Below are positions 40,964 to 50,155 of a stretch of 64,000 nt of DNA, piece by piece. A program made the position numbers and the translations under genes. The DNA is from Chitinophaga pinensis (GTDB taxonomy: Bacteria > Bacteroidota > Bacteroidia > NS11-12g > UBA955). The stretch lies in assembly GCA_945890895.1 (NCBI GenBank), contig CAMDDG010000006.1:1601-65600 (forward strand), written 5' to 3'. Below the pieces are notes generated by a model. The model ran no database searches and was not told the origin of the DNA. It saw only the letters and a list, made by a program, of their open reading frames with translations. Position 1 is the stretch's first letter. Every line of letters begins with the position of its first letter.

Positions 40964-41887
40964 TTGTCGCTCAAATCTAATTTAAAATTATCTCGTGGCG
41001 TTTCTATGATGTTGATTGCCAGTTTGGCATTTGGCTTTATGAACGTCACGGTAAAAATGATTTCCGGGATGCACGTCTCGGAAATCGTTTTTTTTAGGGC
41101 TATCGTGCAGATTATAATCGCATCCGTTATCCTATTTAAGCAGAATGAAAGTCCGCTTGGAAAGAATCCCAAGATGCTTTTTATGCGTGGACTTTTCGGC
41201 TCTTTGGGATTGCTGTGCTATTTTTACTCACTGCAATTAATGCCCCTAAGTAACGCTCTCGTTATTCATTATATTTCTCCCATTTTAACCACAATTTTAG
41301 CCATGCTCATGGGAGATGAACGCGTTCAACCCATTCAATGGTTCTTCTTCCTGATCTGTTTTGTGGGTGTGATTGTTGTAAACAGTGAAATTTCATTGAA
41401 TCAAATTCAATTGTTGCAAGGTGTAACTCCATTTGGAATACTTATGGGATTAGGTGGTGCATTCTTTTCTGCCTTTGCCTACAATACGATCCGTAGGTTG
41501 AAGGGCATTGAAAATCCAAACGTGGTAGTGCTGTATTTTCCATTGGTAACAATTCCGATTTCTTTGATTTTTCCTCTCGGGGGATGGGGGACATGGCACT
41601 GGCCAAAAATGGGTGATTATTGGTGGCAAATTGCCTCTAATGAATGGATATGGCTTATTTTAACGGGTGTTTTTACACAAGTGGGACAGTTTTTTATGAC
41701 CCGTGCTTATCAAGAAGCCGAAACAAAATTGGTGTCTGCAATTAGTTATGCTGGAATTATTTGGGGAACAGCATTTGGATTGTTCCTATTTGATGAGTCA
41801 TATAATGGGTTTCAATACATGGGTATGGTGCTGGTTATATTGGGAATGGTACTGAATGTTCAAATCAATAAACAAACTTCAAAATAA
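40964..41887 (+). CDS. DMT/EamA family transporter
   Basis: Ten TM segments, EIVFFR, RGLFG, duplicated EamA fold. Confidence 0.88.
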   Translation: MSLKSNLKLSRGVSMMLIASLAFGFMNVTVKMISGMHVSEIVFFRAIVQIIIASVILFKQNESPLGKNPKMLFMRGLFGSLGLLCYFYSLQLMPLSNALVIHYISPILTTILAMLMGDERVQPIQWFFFLICFVGVIVVNSEISLNQIQLLQGVTPFGILMGLGGAFFSAFAYNTIRRLKGIENPNVVVLYFPLVTIPISLIFPLGGWGTWHWPKMGDYWWQIASNEWIWLILTGVFTQVGQFFMTRAYQEAETKLVSAISYAGIIWGTAFGLFLFDESYNGFQYMGMVLVILGMVLNVQINKQTSK

Positions 41888-41964
41888 CTTGTAAATAATA
41901 GATGAAATCATTATATTTGCAGTCCTTTTTGTAAAAATCATCTAAACATTAAATTAACAAACCG

Positions 41965-42213
41965 ATGAAAACCGATATACATCCAAAAAATTACCGTAAA
42001 GTTGTGTTCAAGGATATGAGCTGTGATCATTCTTTTATCACACATTCTTGTGTTGACACCAAAGAAACTATTGTTTGGGAAGATGGTAATGAGTATCCTT
42101 TGTATAAGTTAGAGATTTCTTCACAATCTCACCCTTTCTACACAGGTAAGCAAAACTTAGTGGATACTGCAGGACGTATCGACAAGTTCATGAAGCGTTA
42201 CGGAAAGAAGTAA
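41965..42213 (+). CDS. rpmE2: 50S ribosomal protein L31 type B
   Basis: [39 protein letters not shown]; TATATTTG box at 41912-41919. Confidence 0.95.
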   Translation: MKTDIHPKNYRKVVFKDMSCDHSFITHSCVDTKETIVWEDGNEYPLYKLEISSQSHPFYTGKQNLVDTAGRIDKFMKRYGKK

Positions 42214-42244
42214 TTTGCTTTTTCCACATTAAACCATGTTTTAT

Positions 42245-42271
42245 AAAGGTTGCTTAGGCAACCTTTTTTTT
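42245..42271 (+). terminator. rho-independent terminator after rpmE2
   Basis: AAAGGTTGC-TTAG-GCAACCTTT followed by T run. Confidence 0.85.
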
Positions 42272-42314
42272 GTTATAAACTTTTTTGTATCATCCGACTA
42301 TAGTAGCTTTGAAT

Positions 42315-43559
42315 ATGCATTTTCAATTTTTCGACGATTCACAGATTAATCACCTGTTTCCATTAACTTTAACCCGTCCATCCGCAGATCTAAGAGTGGG
42401 AATTTTAACCATAGCCGAAAAGTGGTTGCATGATTTTTCAATTCAAGATTCTAATTCATTTGGATTTCAAACACGCGATTATTTGTCGAAAAAGTTTTTA
42501 TCCATTCATGCAAAATCAACATCCCCCGAAATAATAACGTATATAAACGGAAAAGTGGTTCCTAACGAGGCCTTGAATCATCAAGTTCGCAATTTATCCA
42601 CTAACCAAAAATTGGTTAAAGAGGGTGTATTGATTGCATTTCGCAGCCAATTACTCAATTTTACTGAGTTCAATACCCTTTTGGAAAACGATTTTTCGCA
42701 ATTTGATTCCGTAGAGTTTGAGTCAAATATCACCGTTATTTCTCGTCCATTTCATATTTTTAAACTCAATGCTCAAGAAATCCAAGCCGATTTTGAGCGA
42801 TTAACCGCAGGGAAAACCAGTCAACCGCTGTCACAAACCAATACTAAATTGGGTAAATTTCCGGTATTTTTAGAGGAAGGAGCACAAGTAGAATGTTCCA
42901 TATTAAATGCATTGGACGGACCGATTTATCTGGGTAAAAATTCAGAAATTATGGAAGGTTCTGTTGTGCGTGGCCCGCTGGCTTTATGCGAAGGTTCTAA
43001 ATTAAAATTATCAACTAAAGTTTACGGAGCAACCACCTTAGGACCTTATTCCAATGTGGGCGGAGAGGTGAATAATATTGTTATTCAAGGATATAGCAAC
43101 AAAGGGCACGATGGATTTTTGGGAAATGCAGTTTTAGGCGAATGGTGCAATATCGGAGCCGATTCAAATTGTTCTAATTTAAAGAACACCTACGACGAAG
43201 TGAAAGTTTGGAATTATGCTACGCGTAGATTCGATAAAAGTGGTATGCAATTTTGTGGACTAATCATGGGGGATCATTCCAAATGCGGAATTAATACTAT
43301 GTTTAACACGGGAACTGTTGTGGGTGTTGCATGCAATTTATTTGGTGCAGGATTTCCACGTCAATTCGTACCTGATTTTTCGTGGGGAGGTGCTTCCGGT
43401 TTTGTAACACATAAATTGACGGCAGTAGATAAAACGGCTGCATTGGTATTGGTGCGAAGAGGGAAGGAGTACAACGAATTAGAACAAGAAATAATGCATT
43501 ACTTGTATCAAAATACGGCAGGCGAACGTACTTGGGAGATAGAAGAATCAGGTTCTTAA
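42315..43559 (+). CDS. GlmU-related putative sugar nucleotidyltransferase/acyltransferase
   Basis: LFPLTLTRPSADLRVGILTIAEKW; hexapeptide region; NKGHDGFLG, GDHSKCGIN. Confidence 0.85.
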   Translation: MHFQFFDDSQINHLFPLTLTRPSADLRVGILTIAEKWLHDFSIQDSNSFGFQTRDYLSKKFLSIHAKSTSPEIITYINGKVVPNEALNHQVRNLSTNQKLVKEGVLIAFRSQLLNFTEFNTLLENDFSQFDSVEFESNITVISRPFHIFKLNAQEIQADFERLTAGKTSQPLSQTNTKLGKFPVFLEEGAQVECSILNALDGPIYLGKNSEIMEGSVVRGPLALCEGSKLKLSTKVYGATTLGPYSNVGGEVNNIVIQGYSNKGHDGFLGNAVLGEWCNIGADSNCSNLKNTYDEVKVWNYATRRFDKSGMQFCGLIMGDHSKCGINTMFNTGTVVGVACNLFGAGFPRQFVPDFSWGGASGFVTHKLTAVDKTAALVLVRRGKEYNELEQEIMHYLYQNTAGERTWEIEESGS

Positions 43560-43597
43560 TTATTACCCAAAATTTGGTATAAATTCTGGATTCTGAT

Positions 43598-43643
43598 GAT
43601 GTTCAGAAATGCATTTGGTAGATGTACAGAAATACATTTGGTA
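43598..43643. repeat. 23-bp tandem duplication in a convergent intergenic gap
   Basis: GATGTTCAGAAATGCATTTGGTA / GATGTACAGAAATACATTTGGTA. Confidence 0.8.
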
Positions 43644-43648
43644 AAAAA

Positions 43649-45871
43649 TCAATCACCTAATCCGCTAATATCCAATCCTCCGCCTAAGTCGCTTCGATTG
43701 TTGTTCGCTTTATCACAATTGAACCAATCGGGATTGAAATTATCTGGGCCAGTAAAAGGTTCTGCTTTGTATTTCAATTTAGGATTTTTCTGAATACTGC
43801 TCATAAAATAACCAAAAATTGGCATGGCCATTTGAGAACCTTGACCGATTAATGAAGAACGAACACGAACTGAAGGGTCATCAGCGCCCACCCAAGTAGC
43901 GCAAACCAATCCTTTGGTGATACCCACAAACCAACCGTCGGCAGCACCTTGAGTTGTACCTGTTTTTCCACCTACACTTCCCTCAATTCCAAATCTTCCG
44001 GTCATGCCGTAAGCAGTACCGCGTTGAACAACACGTTCTAATAGATGGGTCATGATGTATGCTTTTTCTGCACTCAAAACTTGATCGTGCTTAGGATTTT
44101 GGAATTCTTCTAAAACATTTCCATCTTTATCTTCAATGCGAGTAATGAAAGAGGGTTCTACCCAAAGACCTTTATTAACAAAAGCCGAGTAGGCGCTGGC
44201 CATTTCAAAAGGAGATAGCTCTACCGTCCCCAAACAGATAGAAGGTACACGAGGTATGCGGTCTTTTTGAATACCGATTCTCTCAGCAAATTGAACTACT
44301 AAGTCGGGTCCATCATCACCTAAACTTTTCATTATCTGCGCTGTGATTAAGTTATCCGACAATGCCAAACCCTTCCACATGGGCCAAATACCACCTGATT
44401 TTCCATCGAAGTTTTTGGGAGACCATTCCTGACCACCAGAAATGAAAACCGTGCGTTCACGTGGAAATTCGGTACATGGAGTGAATTTATTGATATCGAT
44501 GGCGGTAGCATATACAATGGGTTTAAATGTAGAACCCACTTGGCGACGAGCATTTACGTTTACGTGGTCGTATTTGAAAAATTTGTGATTGATACCACCA
44601 ACCCAAGCTTTAATATAACCTGTTTCAGGTTCAATAGCAATGAAACCGGCATGCAAAACTTTTTTAATGTAGACCATTGAATCATAGGGACTCATGGTAG
44701 TATCTCGATCACCATTCCAGGTAAAAATGGTCATTTTTACTGGTTTTTTAAGTTCAGAAATAATTTTTTTATGATCATCGCCAAATTGATCCGCTAGCAA
44801 TTTATATCGATCGGTGCGTTTCAATGCATCTTCAATAAAATTTGGAATTACTCTACGATCGGTAATATATCTCCAAGGTTGCTCTTTACCCCAAGAAGAG
44901 GTAAATTTCTTTTGAAAATCCGTCATGTGTTTTTTCATGGCTTCTTCTGCTGCCATTTGCATTTCACTGTTGATGGTGGTATAAATTTTAAGACCGCTTC
45001 GATATAGATTGTAGTTATGATCTTTGCACCATTTTTTTAAATATTCACCCAAATAGGTTTTAAAGTAGGGTGCGAGTCCTTCGCTTTCTGCACTTCTGTA
45101 ATTTAATTTTATGGGAAGTTCTTTTAGAATACTCAATGAATCGTCTGAAAGCATGTTGTACTTATTCATTTGATTCAACACAGTATTTCTTCTATTTAGA
45201 GAATTCTCGGCATTGTATTTGGGATTGTAGCGCCAATTCGCTTTTAGCATACCTACCAATACTGCTGCTTCTTCCAGTTTTAGTTTATTGGGACTTTTGT
45301 TAAAAAACTCTTTACTTGCTGCAGTGATACCGAAAGACAATCCGGAGAATGGCACTGTATTTAGATACATCACCAATATTTCCTTCTTTGTGTAGCGCTT
45401 TTCAAGTTCTACAGAAATCACCCATTCTTTGAACTTTTGCATGACTCTACCCAATTTAGAACTGGGTTTATCAAAACGGCTGAACATATTTTTAGACAAT
45501 TGCTGGGTTATGGTAGATGCACCCCCATCCGTACCCAAACTAACAACTGCTCGTAATGTGCCACGAAAATCTATACCAGAGTGATTGAAAAATCGAATAT
45601 CTTCAGTTGCAACTAAGGCATTATAAATATGTGGGCTAATATCCTCATACTTGGCATTAATTCTATTCTCAAGAAAAAACTGTCCAATTACAACGCCGTC
45701 TTCACCGTAAATCTCTGAACTTAAAGCATTTTTTGGATTTTCTAAATCTTCTACTTCGGGCATTTCACCAAAAAATCCCTTAGAAACACCTAAAAAAAAT
45801 AAGAACCCCAAAAGGAATAAGCCCAACAGACCTATCCATACATTCTTTATGAAGCGAAAGCCTTTCAGCAT
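43649..45871 (-). CDS. mrcA: class A penicillin-binding protein 1A
   Basis: EDIRF..HSGID, GASTITQQL (transglycosylase); GSTFKP (SxxK), SDN, KTG (transpeptidase). Confidence 0.93.
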   Translation of the reverse strand: MLKGFRFIKNVWIGLLGLFLLGFLFFLGVSKGFFGEMPEVEDLENPKNALSSEIYGEDGVVIGQFFLENRINAKYEDISPHIYNALVATEDIRFFNHSGIDFRGTLRAVVSLGTDGGASTITQQLSKNMFSRFDKPSSKLGRVMQKFKEWVISVELEKRYTKKEILVMYLNTVPFSGLSFGITAASKEFFNKSPNKLKLEEAAVLVGMLKANWRYNPKYNAENSLNRRNTVLNQMNKYNMLSDDSLSILKELPIKLNYRSAESEGLAPYFKTYLGEYLKKWCKDHNYNLYRSGLKIYTTINSEMQMAAEEAMKKHMTDFQKKFTSSWGKEQPWRYITDRRVIPNFIEDALKRTDRYKLLADQFGDDHKKIISELKKPVKMTIFTWNGDRDTTMSPYDSMVYIKKVLHAGFIAIEPETGYIKAWVGGINHKFFKYDHVNVNARRQVGSTFKPIVYATAIDINKFTPCTEFPRERTVFISGGQEWSPKNFDGKSGGIWPMWKGLALSDNLITAQIMKSLGDDGPDLVVQFAERIGIQKDRIPRVPSICLGTVELSPFEMASAYSAFVNKGLWVEPSFITRIEDKDGNVLEEFQNPKHDQVLSAEKAYIMTHLLERVVQRGTAYGMTGRFGIEGSVGGKTGTTQGAADGWFVGITKGLVCATWVGADDPSVRVRSSLIGQGSQMAMPIFGYFMSSIQKNPKLKYKAEPFTGPDNFNPDWFNCDKANNNRSDLGGGLDISGLGD

Positions 45872-45907
45872 ATTGCTTCAAATATACAACGATTATTGAT
45901 TGAATTC

Positions 45908-48565
45908 CTACAGATTATTCTGTTCTTTGTACCAATTCAAATAGGAATTCCAATTTAAAGATTTGACTAATAATTGCATGTTTTCATCCGAAATAGTGCA
46001 AACTTCGTATTCAAATAAACCTTTTCCGCTGAAATAAGAAGTTTGCTTTCTTAAAAACTGTGCGTAAAATTTACTTTTATCGGGTGAGGCGAAATTCTCA
46101 ATGAAGATTAAATATTTTTGATCCGCTGCGATGGAGGGTCCCATTTGAATACTTTCAAACGAAAATTCCTTCTTATTCAAATCACTAATGGCTGATTTAA
46201 TCATATTTACGTTGGAATTTTTGGGAATGATAATTACACATTGAAGCGGAGTTGTTGCTTTATCCATTGCATAAATACCGGTATTTTCGATTGGTTCAAC
46301 TTTTGGTGCGCTCAATCGTTTTTTAGCTTGTAAAATAGCCAAAGATTTTTCAGATACGTCGGTATTCGGATAATCTTGAATGATCTGTTCGAGTAAGTCA
46401 AAACATTTATTGTCGTTTTGTTTTAATAAACAAAGGGCATACACATAGTCAAATCGAGGTTGTAAGGCATTTCCAGAATACGATTTGTCGGTTTCTAGTT
46501 TTACTTCCATCGCTTCCTTGTACAATCCTTTTTGGAAATACTCCAACATAGAATCGTAGTGGTTGGAAATTATTATATTGGTTTTATTATCTGTTGAATT
46601 CGATGTAACCACCAGTCCAGGATTTTCCAACATTTTAATATAAATACTCTCTGGATACTCTTTTTGAAGACTGTTTTTATACTTTTCAGTGTTTACATCC
46701 TCTTTTAAATATTTGTAAATCTTGATAATTTCATAATAAGCTTGGGGTTTATAGACCGAATTGGGATAACGATTTAGAAGATTTAAAAATTGCTCCAATG
46801 CTGGTTTTTCCTCATTCAATCGTGTAGCATAGATTTCACCCGATTTCATGTACGACTCTTCAATTTCAGTACCTAATTTTAAACGACTGTTTTCTGACAT
46901 GGGCAAATCCATGTAATATTTGCGTTCATCTTCAGGAATACTTTTTAGTATAGCAGAGTCGATGGAACTTTTTTATGCGGTAGCATCATTCGATTTATTG
47001 CCAGAATTATCGTTGGGATTGGAGCTGCTTGAATTTTCCGATGAATTTGCTTTGGATGAATACTTCCAGAAATCATTATTGGTGCGGTTTCCCCAAATGC
47101 GATTAAAATCAGTTATACCTTTTTTACGAAGTGTAATATTGTAAAATGGGAATGAACTTCCACCCATTACCATTCCAGGCATTTGCATATCTCCGGTATT
47201 TGGCATGCTACCCGGCATGTTCATTCCCGGATTGTTGGATGTTTTAGACTTTTGATTTTTTTCGAATTGTTCCTTGGCTAATTTTTCTGCATTTTTAGCT
47301 TCACGAATTTTCTTTTGTCTCCAATCGGCATCAGTTGCCATCCGTATCAACGAATCGTTGTTCTTTATACGCAATAGGTGTTCCAATAAATCACCCAATA
47401 CCTGGTTTTTCGCTAATATGGTTTCAAAATCTGGGTGTTTATCATCCAAAGTTTTGTTTGCAGAGTCATAATACAATCCAGCAACTTGATAATTGCGTTT
47501 ATCAAAATATACATCCCCAATTTTTAAATAACTGGTAGTTTTTTGCGCTTTATCGGTCAATGAATTCTGAACACTTAACTTCAAAGTCTGCAATCCTTTT
47601 TCTGACTTCCCGCTTTTGATTTCATTGAGTGCAATTCGGTAATATATTTGGCCCTTGTACTCCAAGTTTTTATCGTCTCTAAGCATATCATTCAAAATTC
47701 GATTGGCTTTAGTAAAATTATTTTGATTGGATGTTAATAATTCAACTCGAGCAAGTTGCGCATTGAATGCAATTTCGTATGGTGGATTAAATAAAGGAAC
47801 TTTGGAGAAACATTTTTCCGCTAATTCGATTTGATTGTTTTTCTGATATGCTTGTCCCAAAGCAAAATAGATGCGATATCGATCCATTCTATTTCTTACT
47901 TTCGGAAGGGCTTTCGCCATTAATTCTGCAGATTGTTGGTATTTCTTTTGCTTGTGATAAATTGCACCCAAAGTTAATTGCGCCTGCCACAATAACTTTT
48001 TAGGGAGTTCTTTATTGTCAACAATTGACTGAGCCATGGCTTCTGCCTCGATTACTTTGTCTTTAACCAATAATCCTTGAACGGTCCACAATCGAGCAGT
48101 AAATCGAATTTCTGGATCGCTGTACTGGTTAAATACATAGTCAAAAATATCGATAGCAGCATTGGGGTCACCTTTCAAGAAGTAGGCTTTTCCAGTGAGC
48201 AGAAACGCATCATCCACCCACTTACTTTTAGGATGACGATCAATCATGGTGCTGGCTTTTTTTATCACTTCATCCATGCTGGATTGATTTCCCATCAATG
48301 TTTCTGTTGAACCAAAATTGAATATTTCTATGGGTTTACGAAAATCTTCATTGTAAGATTCTCTAACCATATCGTAGGTTTCCAGCCATTTTTGTTCAGC
48401 ATTAAAATACGTATTGTAATGTGCTAATGTATTATGCCATTGTTTATATCCCCAACTTTGTTCATCCTTACACGAGCTAATTGCAAACAAGAGCAAAAAG
48501 AAAAATAATGTGTAAAATGTGTGCTTTTGGGGAAACTTGACCCTCGATATCCTTAGTGAACGCAT
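45908..48565 (-). pseudogene. sprE: T9SS periplasmic TPR lipoprotein SprE/PorW, interrupted by one in-frame TAA at 46975-46973
   Basis: Lipobox ISSC, HNTLAHYNTYFNA, SKWVDDA, FPFYN...F.RIWGNR..DFW. The 530-aa and 334-aa ORFs are in the same frame, joined by TAA plus 20 sense codons. Divergent from the bactofilin-atp cluster as in other Bacteroidota. Confidence 0.8.
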
Positions 48566-48651
48566 GGAATTATCCTATAAAAACGATATTTTTGAATTAA
48601 TATTGAAAATGAACCTACAAAGGTTCCCAAAAATACCAAGAATTTTTGGCT

Positions 48652-49032
48652 ATGACGAAAAAAGGAAATAAAATAATCCGCAATTTACGCAACAAGCATC
48701 GCTTCGTGTTAATAAATGACAATACTTTTGCAGAAGTATTCTCTATTCGCTTAACTCCACTCAACATATTGAGTTTGGTCAGTGGGTTGTTTATTTTCTT
48801 TACGTTTCTAATTTATTTGTTGTTTGCATTTACACCCATGCGCAGTCTTATACCTACGAAAATTGCTAGCAGTGATCGTGAGGAATTAATACAATTAAAT
48901 CAAGAATTGGAAGATTTGAAACTGCAAATTGAAGTAAAGAATTCCAAAACAAAAATTCTGAATAATTTATTGAGCGACAAAGAGTCCGTTTATGACTCAT
49001 CTTCAGTTCGAATGAATACAAAGCAGAATTAA
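48652..49032 (+). CDS. N-terminal membrane-anchor part of a Bacteroidota M23-family peptidase, catalytic domain absent
   Basis: RNKHRFVLINDNTFAEVFSIRLT...FTPMRSLIP, TM helix, coiled coil, then stop; no HxxxD/HxH. Confidence 0.65.
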   Translation: MTKKGNKIIRNLRNKHRFVLINDNTFAEVFSIRLTPLNILSLVSGLFIFFTFLIYLLFAFTPMRSLIPTKIASSDREELIQLNQELEDLKLQIEVKNSKTKILNNLLSDKESVYDSSSVRMNTKQN

Positions 49033-49096
49033 TGTAACCTCTTTTACTTTACCTTGTAATAACAATTTGTTATATTTGTAGAAATCGAAAATTTGA

Positions 49097-49468
49097 ATGC
49101 TTATGTTAGGGTCCTCCAAAAATAAAGAAAAGAATAACTCATTACCCGGTCAAGCTGTAATCAATCTCATTGGAGTTGGAACCCAAATTCAAGGTAATAT
49201 TCAATGTAACGGTGATATTCGGATTGACGGTGAAGTTTTTGGAGATGTTACTGTTGGACAGAAATTAGTTGTCGGTTCAACGGGTTCAATTAAAGGCAAT
49301 GTTTTTGCATCAGAAGTAAGTGTTTCAGGCACTATTTTGGGTAATATTAAATCCGATAATGCAACCATTTTAATGGGTAAAAGTACCGTAACTGGCGATG
49401 TTTTTACCGCTCAAATCGTAATTGAACAAGGCGCTACATTCAATGGTAAGTGCGAAATGAAAGGGTAG
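49097..49468 (+). CDS. bactofilin (polymer-forming cytoskeletal protein)
   Basis: IGVGTQIQGNI..GDIRIDG.V.GDV, IEQGATFNGKCEM; TATATTTG box at 49071. Confidence 0.92.
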   Translation: MLMLGSSKNKEKNNSLPGQAVINLIGVGTQIQGNIQCNGDIRIDGEVFGDVTVGQKLVVGSTGSIKGNVFASEVSVSGTILGNIKSDNATILMGKSTVTGDVFTAQIVIEQGATFNGKCEMKG

Positions 49469-49476
49469 GAGCAGTT

Positions 49477-49698
49477 ATGCATCCCTCAAATAAAAAAACC
49501 AATGTTTCATTTTTATCCTTTGTGGGGATAGCATTTCAAATGATTGCCACAATTCTCATTTTTACTTTTTTAGGATTGCAAGCCGATAAAATGAACTGGA
49601 TAAAGAGCCGAATTCCCGTATTTACACTCACAGGCATATTTATGGGTTTGGGTGTATCTTTCTATTCGATATTTAAATCTTTGAAAAATTTGAAATAA
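49477..49698 (+). CDS. AtpZ/AtpI family membrane protein
   Basis: GIAFQMIATI..G..AD..PVFTL two-TM pattern upstream of atpB. Confidence 0.8.
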   Translation: MHPSNKKTNVSFLSFVGIAFQMIATILIFTFLGLQADKMNWIKSRIPVFTLTGIFMGLGVSFYSIFKSLKNLK

Positions 49699-49756
49699 GT
49701 TCAGTCATTCTCGAACTTAATACTACCTTTGCACCGATTTTTAAATCAAATCGTAG

Positions 49757-50155
49757 ATGAAAGGGTATATCATCAAATTTAGTGTATTATCGGTAGCCAT
49801 GATTTTAAGCATAGCCTTGGCGAAGATATTTACGAGTTATCCAATCAACTCTTGGATTTATTTGGGCATCATTTACCTAGCTGTTTTGTTTATTGCTGTT
49901 CATTATTTTACGCTACATGATGACAAAAATAACCCCAATAAAGGAATTCGAAAGATTATGATGGGTACCATGATACGTTTGTTCGCCACGGTTATATTTT
50001 TGATAATCAGCGTAATGAACAATGGAAAACCCGAATTAGGATTCGTTCTTACCTATCTTCTTTCATTTCTAATGTTTCTATTCTTTGATATATCAGAAAT
50101 GCGTAGTAAATTGCGCCCCGATTTAGAAAAATCTAAAAATAACACAAATGCCTGA
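49757..50155 (+). CDS. four-TM ATP synthase-associated membrane protein (protein I-like)
   Basis: Four hydrophobic segments, overlaps the atpB start; TACCTTTG box at 49724-49731. Confidence 0.65.
   Translation: MKGYIIKFSVLSVAMILSIALAKIFTSYPINSWIYLGIIYLAVLFIAVHYFTLHDDKNNPNKGIRKIMMGTMIRLFATVIFLIISVMNNGKPELGFVLTYLLSFLMFLFFDISEMRSKLRPDLEKSKNNTNA

Larger units (their letters stand above)
2094..42531. repeat. Dispersed 12-bp motif CATCCCCCGAAA / TTTCGGGGGATG
   Basis: Exact copies at 2094-2105(-), 4625-4636(+), 7328-7339(-), 19635-19646(+), 29433-29444(+), 33862-33873(-), 35299-35310(+), 42520-42531(+). One-mismatch copies start at 1867, 5218, 9264, 10368, 16148, 27533, 41575. Found by eye; the list may be incomplete. 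Confidence 0.9.

Noticed and set aside
41965-42213. Zinc-starvation paralog of L31
   Set aside because: Type B L31 without CxxC is the usual form in Bacteroidota; no Zur-like box recognised.
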